A stretch of 64,000 nt of DNA, taken from Halorarum halobium (GTDB taxonomy: Archaea; Halobacteriota; Halobacteria; Halobacteriales; Haloferacaceae). The position numbers were made by a program, and so were the translations under genes. The notes beneath the pieces are model-generated. The model had not been told where the DNA came from, made no database searches, and worked only from the letters and a program-made list of their open reading frames with translations. The stretch is from contig NZ_CP134949.1 of assembly GCF_032116555.1 (NCBI RefSeq), forward strand, positions 434,001-498,000, given 5' to 3'. Positions 63,208-64,000 of this stretch are shown here, piece after piece (the stretch's first letter is position 1; every line of letters begins with the position of its first letter).

Positions 63208-63387
63208 TCAGCCGTGATCGTTCGCGGTGACGACGGCCAGATAGGCGAGCATCGACCCGACGGCGACCGCCGCGAGGAGGCCGACGGCCCCCTCGGTGGA
63301 GAGGACCTCGAACAGCAGGACGCCGAGGATTCCCGCGAGGAGCGCGACGATGACGTTCAGCCGGGCGGCGAGCGCGTCGGAGGGCAT
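63208..63387 (-). CDS. Small membrane protein (59 aa)
   Basis: Two TM segments; ATG at 63387. Confidence 0.55.
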   Translation of the reverse strand: MPSDALAARLNVIVALLAGILGVLLFEVLSTEGAVGLLAAVAVGSMLAYLAVVTANDHG

Positions 63388-63477
63388 ACCCTCGACCCTC
63401 GCCCCCACCGACTTTCCTCTTTTCACTGATGACGGCTGACGTGGTTGGGATTTCGGATCGGGATTCCGGAGGCGGTC

Positions 63478-63812
63478 GGCGCGCGTGACGGCGAGCCCCG
63501 AAGTGGGCGAGCAGACGCGCGCGAGGGACGAGCACCGCAGGCGAACGAGCGAAGCGAGTGAGACGAGGAGCGCAGGAGGCTGGGGAGGGTGAGGCGCGGG
63601 GCGGTCGCGGTGGGTGGGACTGAAAGGGGCCGGCTGGGTACGCGAACCCCGGACCCGGTGAGGCGAGCAAAGCGAGGCGAACCTCGGAAGTCGCAGCCGA
63701 CGAACGTCGCGAGGAGGACCGTCTTCCGTAGCAAGCACCGCAGGCGAGCGTAGCGAGCCGAGGAGCACAGCGCGGTCCGCGGGAGCGTAGCCAGCCGGGG
63801 GCTTTCGAGGCG
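63478..63812 (+). repeat. Modular palindromic intergenic element
   Basis: GCGAGGGACGAGCACCGCAGG, GGCTGGGGAGGGTGAGG, GGGACTGAAAGGGGCC and GGGGCTTTCGAGG motifs. Confidence 0.85.
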
Positions 63813-63980
63813 GTCGTCACTATCCACCGGCCCACGCCGGACGTGACACATCAGGAGCCGAGAACGGCGAGGGATTCCGTGTCCACTGCCACGATATCCC
63901 TTCGACCTGCGTTCGACCCACACAGTTGCCCACGTTCGAGGACCGGTCCGGCTAAGTCCCCGGATGCCCCACACCCGCGC

Positions 63981-64000
63981 ATGCACTACCGCGAACTGGG
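63981..64000 (+). CDS. Start of a gene (MHYRELG..., aldo/keto-reductase-like N-terminus), truncated by window
   Basis: Only about 7 codons are visible. Confidence 0.3.

Overview
High-GC haloarchaeal (class Halobacteria) chromosomal window, inferred from the acidic proteins, Tat/PGF-type signals and archaeal gene content. The flanks (1-36.7 kb and 56.1-64 kb) are mostly housekeeping: Rio1, Dim2/Pno1, aIF1, a MoxR-DUF58-transglutaminase operon, pncB, pncA, nadE, pyrC, aconitase, a PAS kinase, RdgB, TrkA, and tRNA-Lys(UUU), -Thr(GGU) and -Gly(CCC). From about 36.76 to 56.02 kb lies a composite island at the 3' end of tRNA-Thr. It holds three degenerate copies of a tRNA-Thr 3' end (att-like), two decayed tyrosine integrases, a complete type I-B CRISPR-Cas system (cas6-8b-7-5-3-4-1-2, about 94 repeats by manual count) and a stand-alone TnpB with its catalytic motifs intact. 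The top candidate for a new system is this TnpB: the predicted omega/reRNA guide position reads ATCCCGGCCTAGGCT, an alternative tRNA-Thr 3' end, while the resident tRNA-Thr carries a differently paired (recoded) 3' end that would escape it. This suggests tRNA-att-directed homing or exclusion. The second candidate is a family of intergenic palindromic elements built from nested 51-60 bp hairpin cassettes, with both empty and filled sites visible in the window. All calls are by eye from sequence motifs; no database searches were run.
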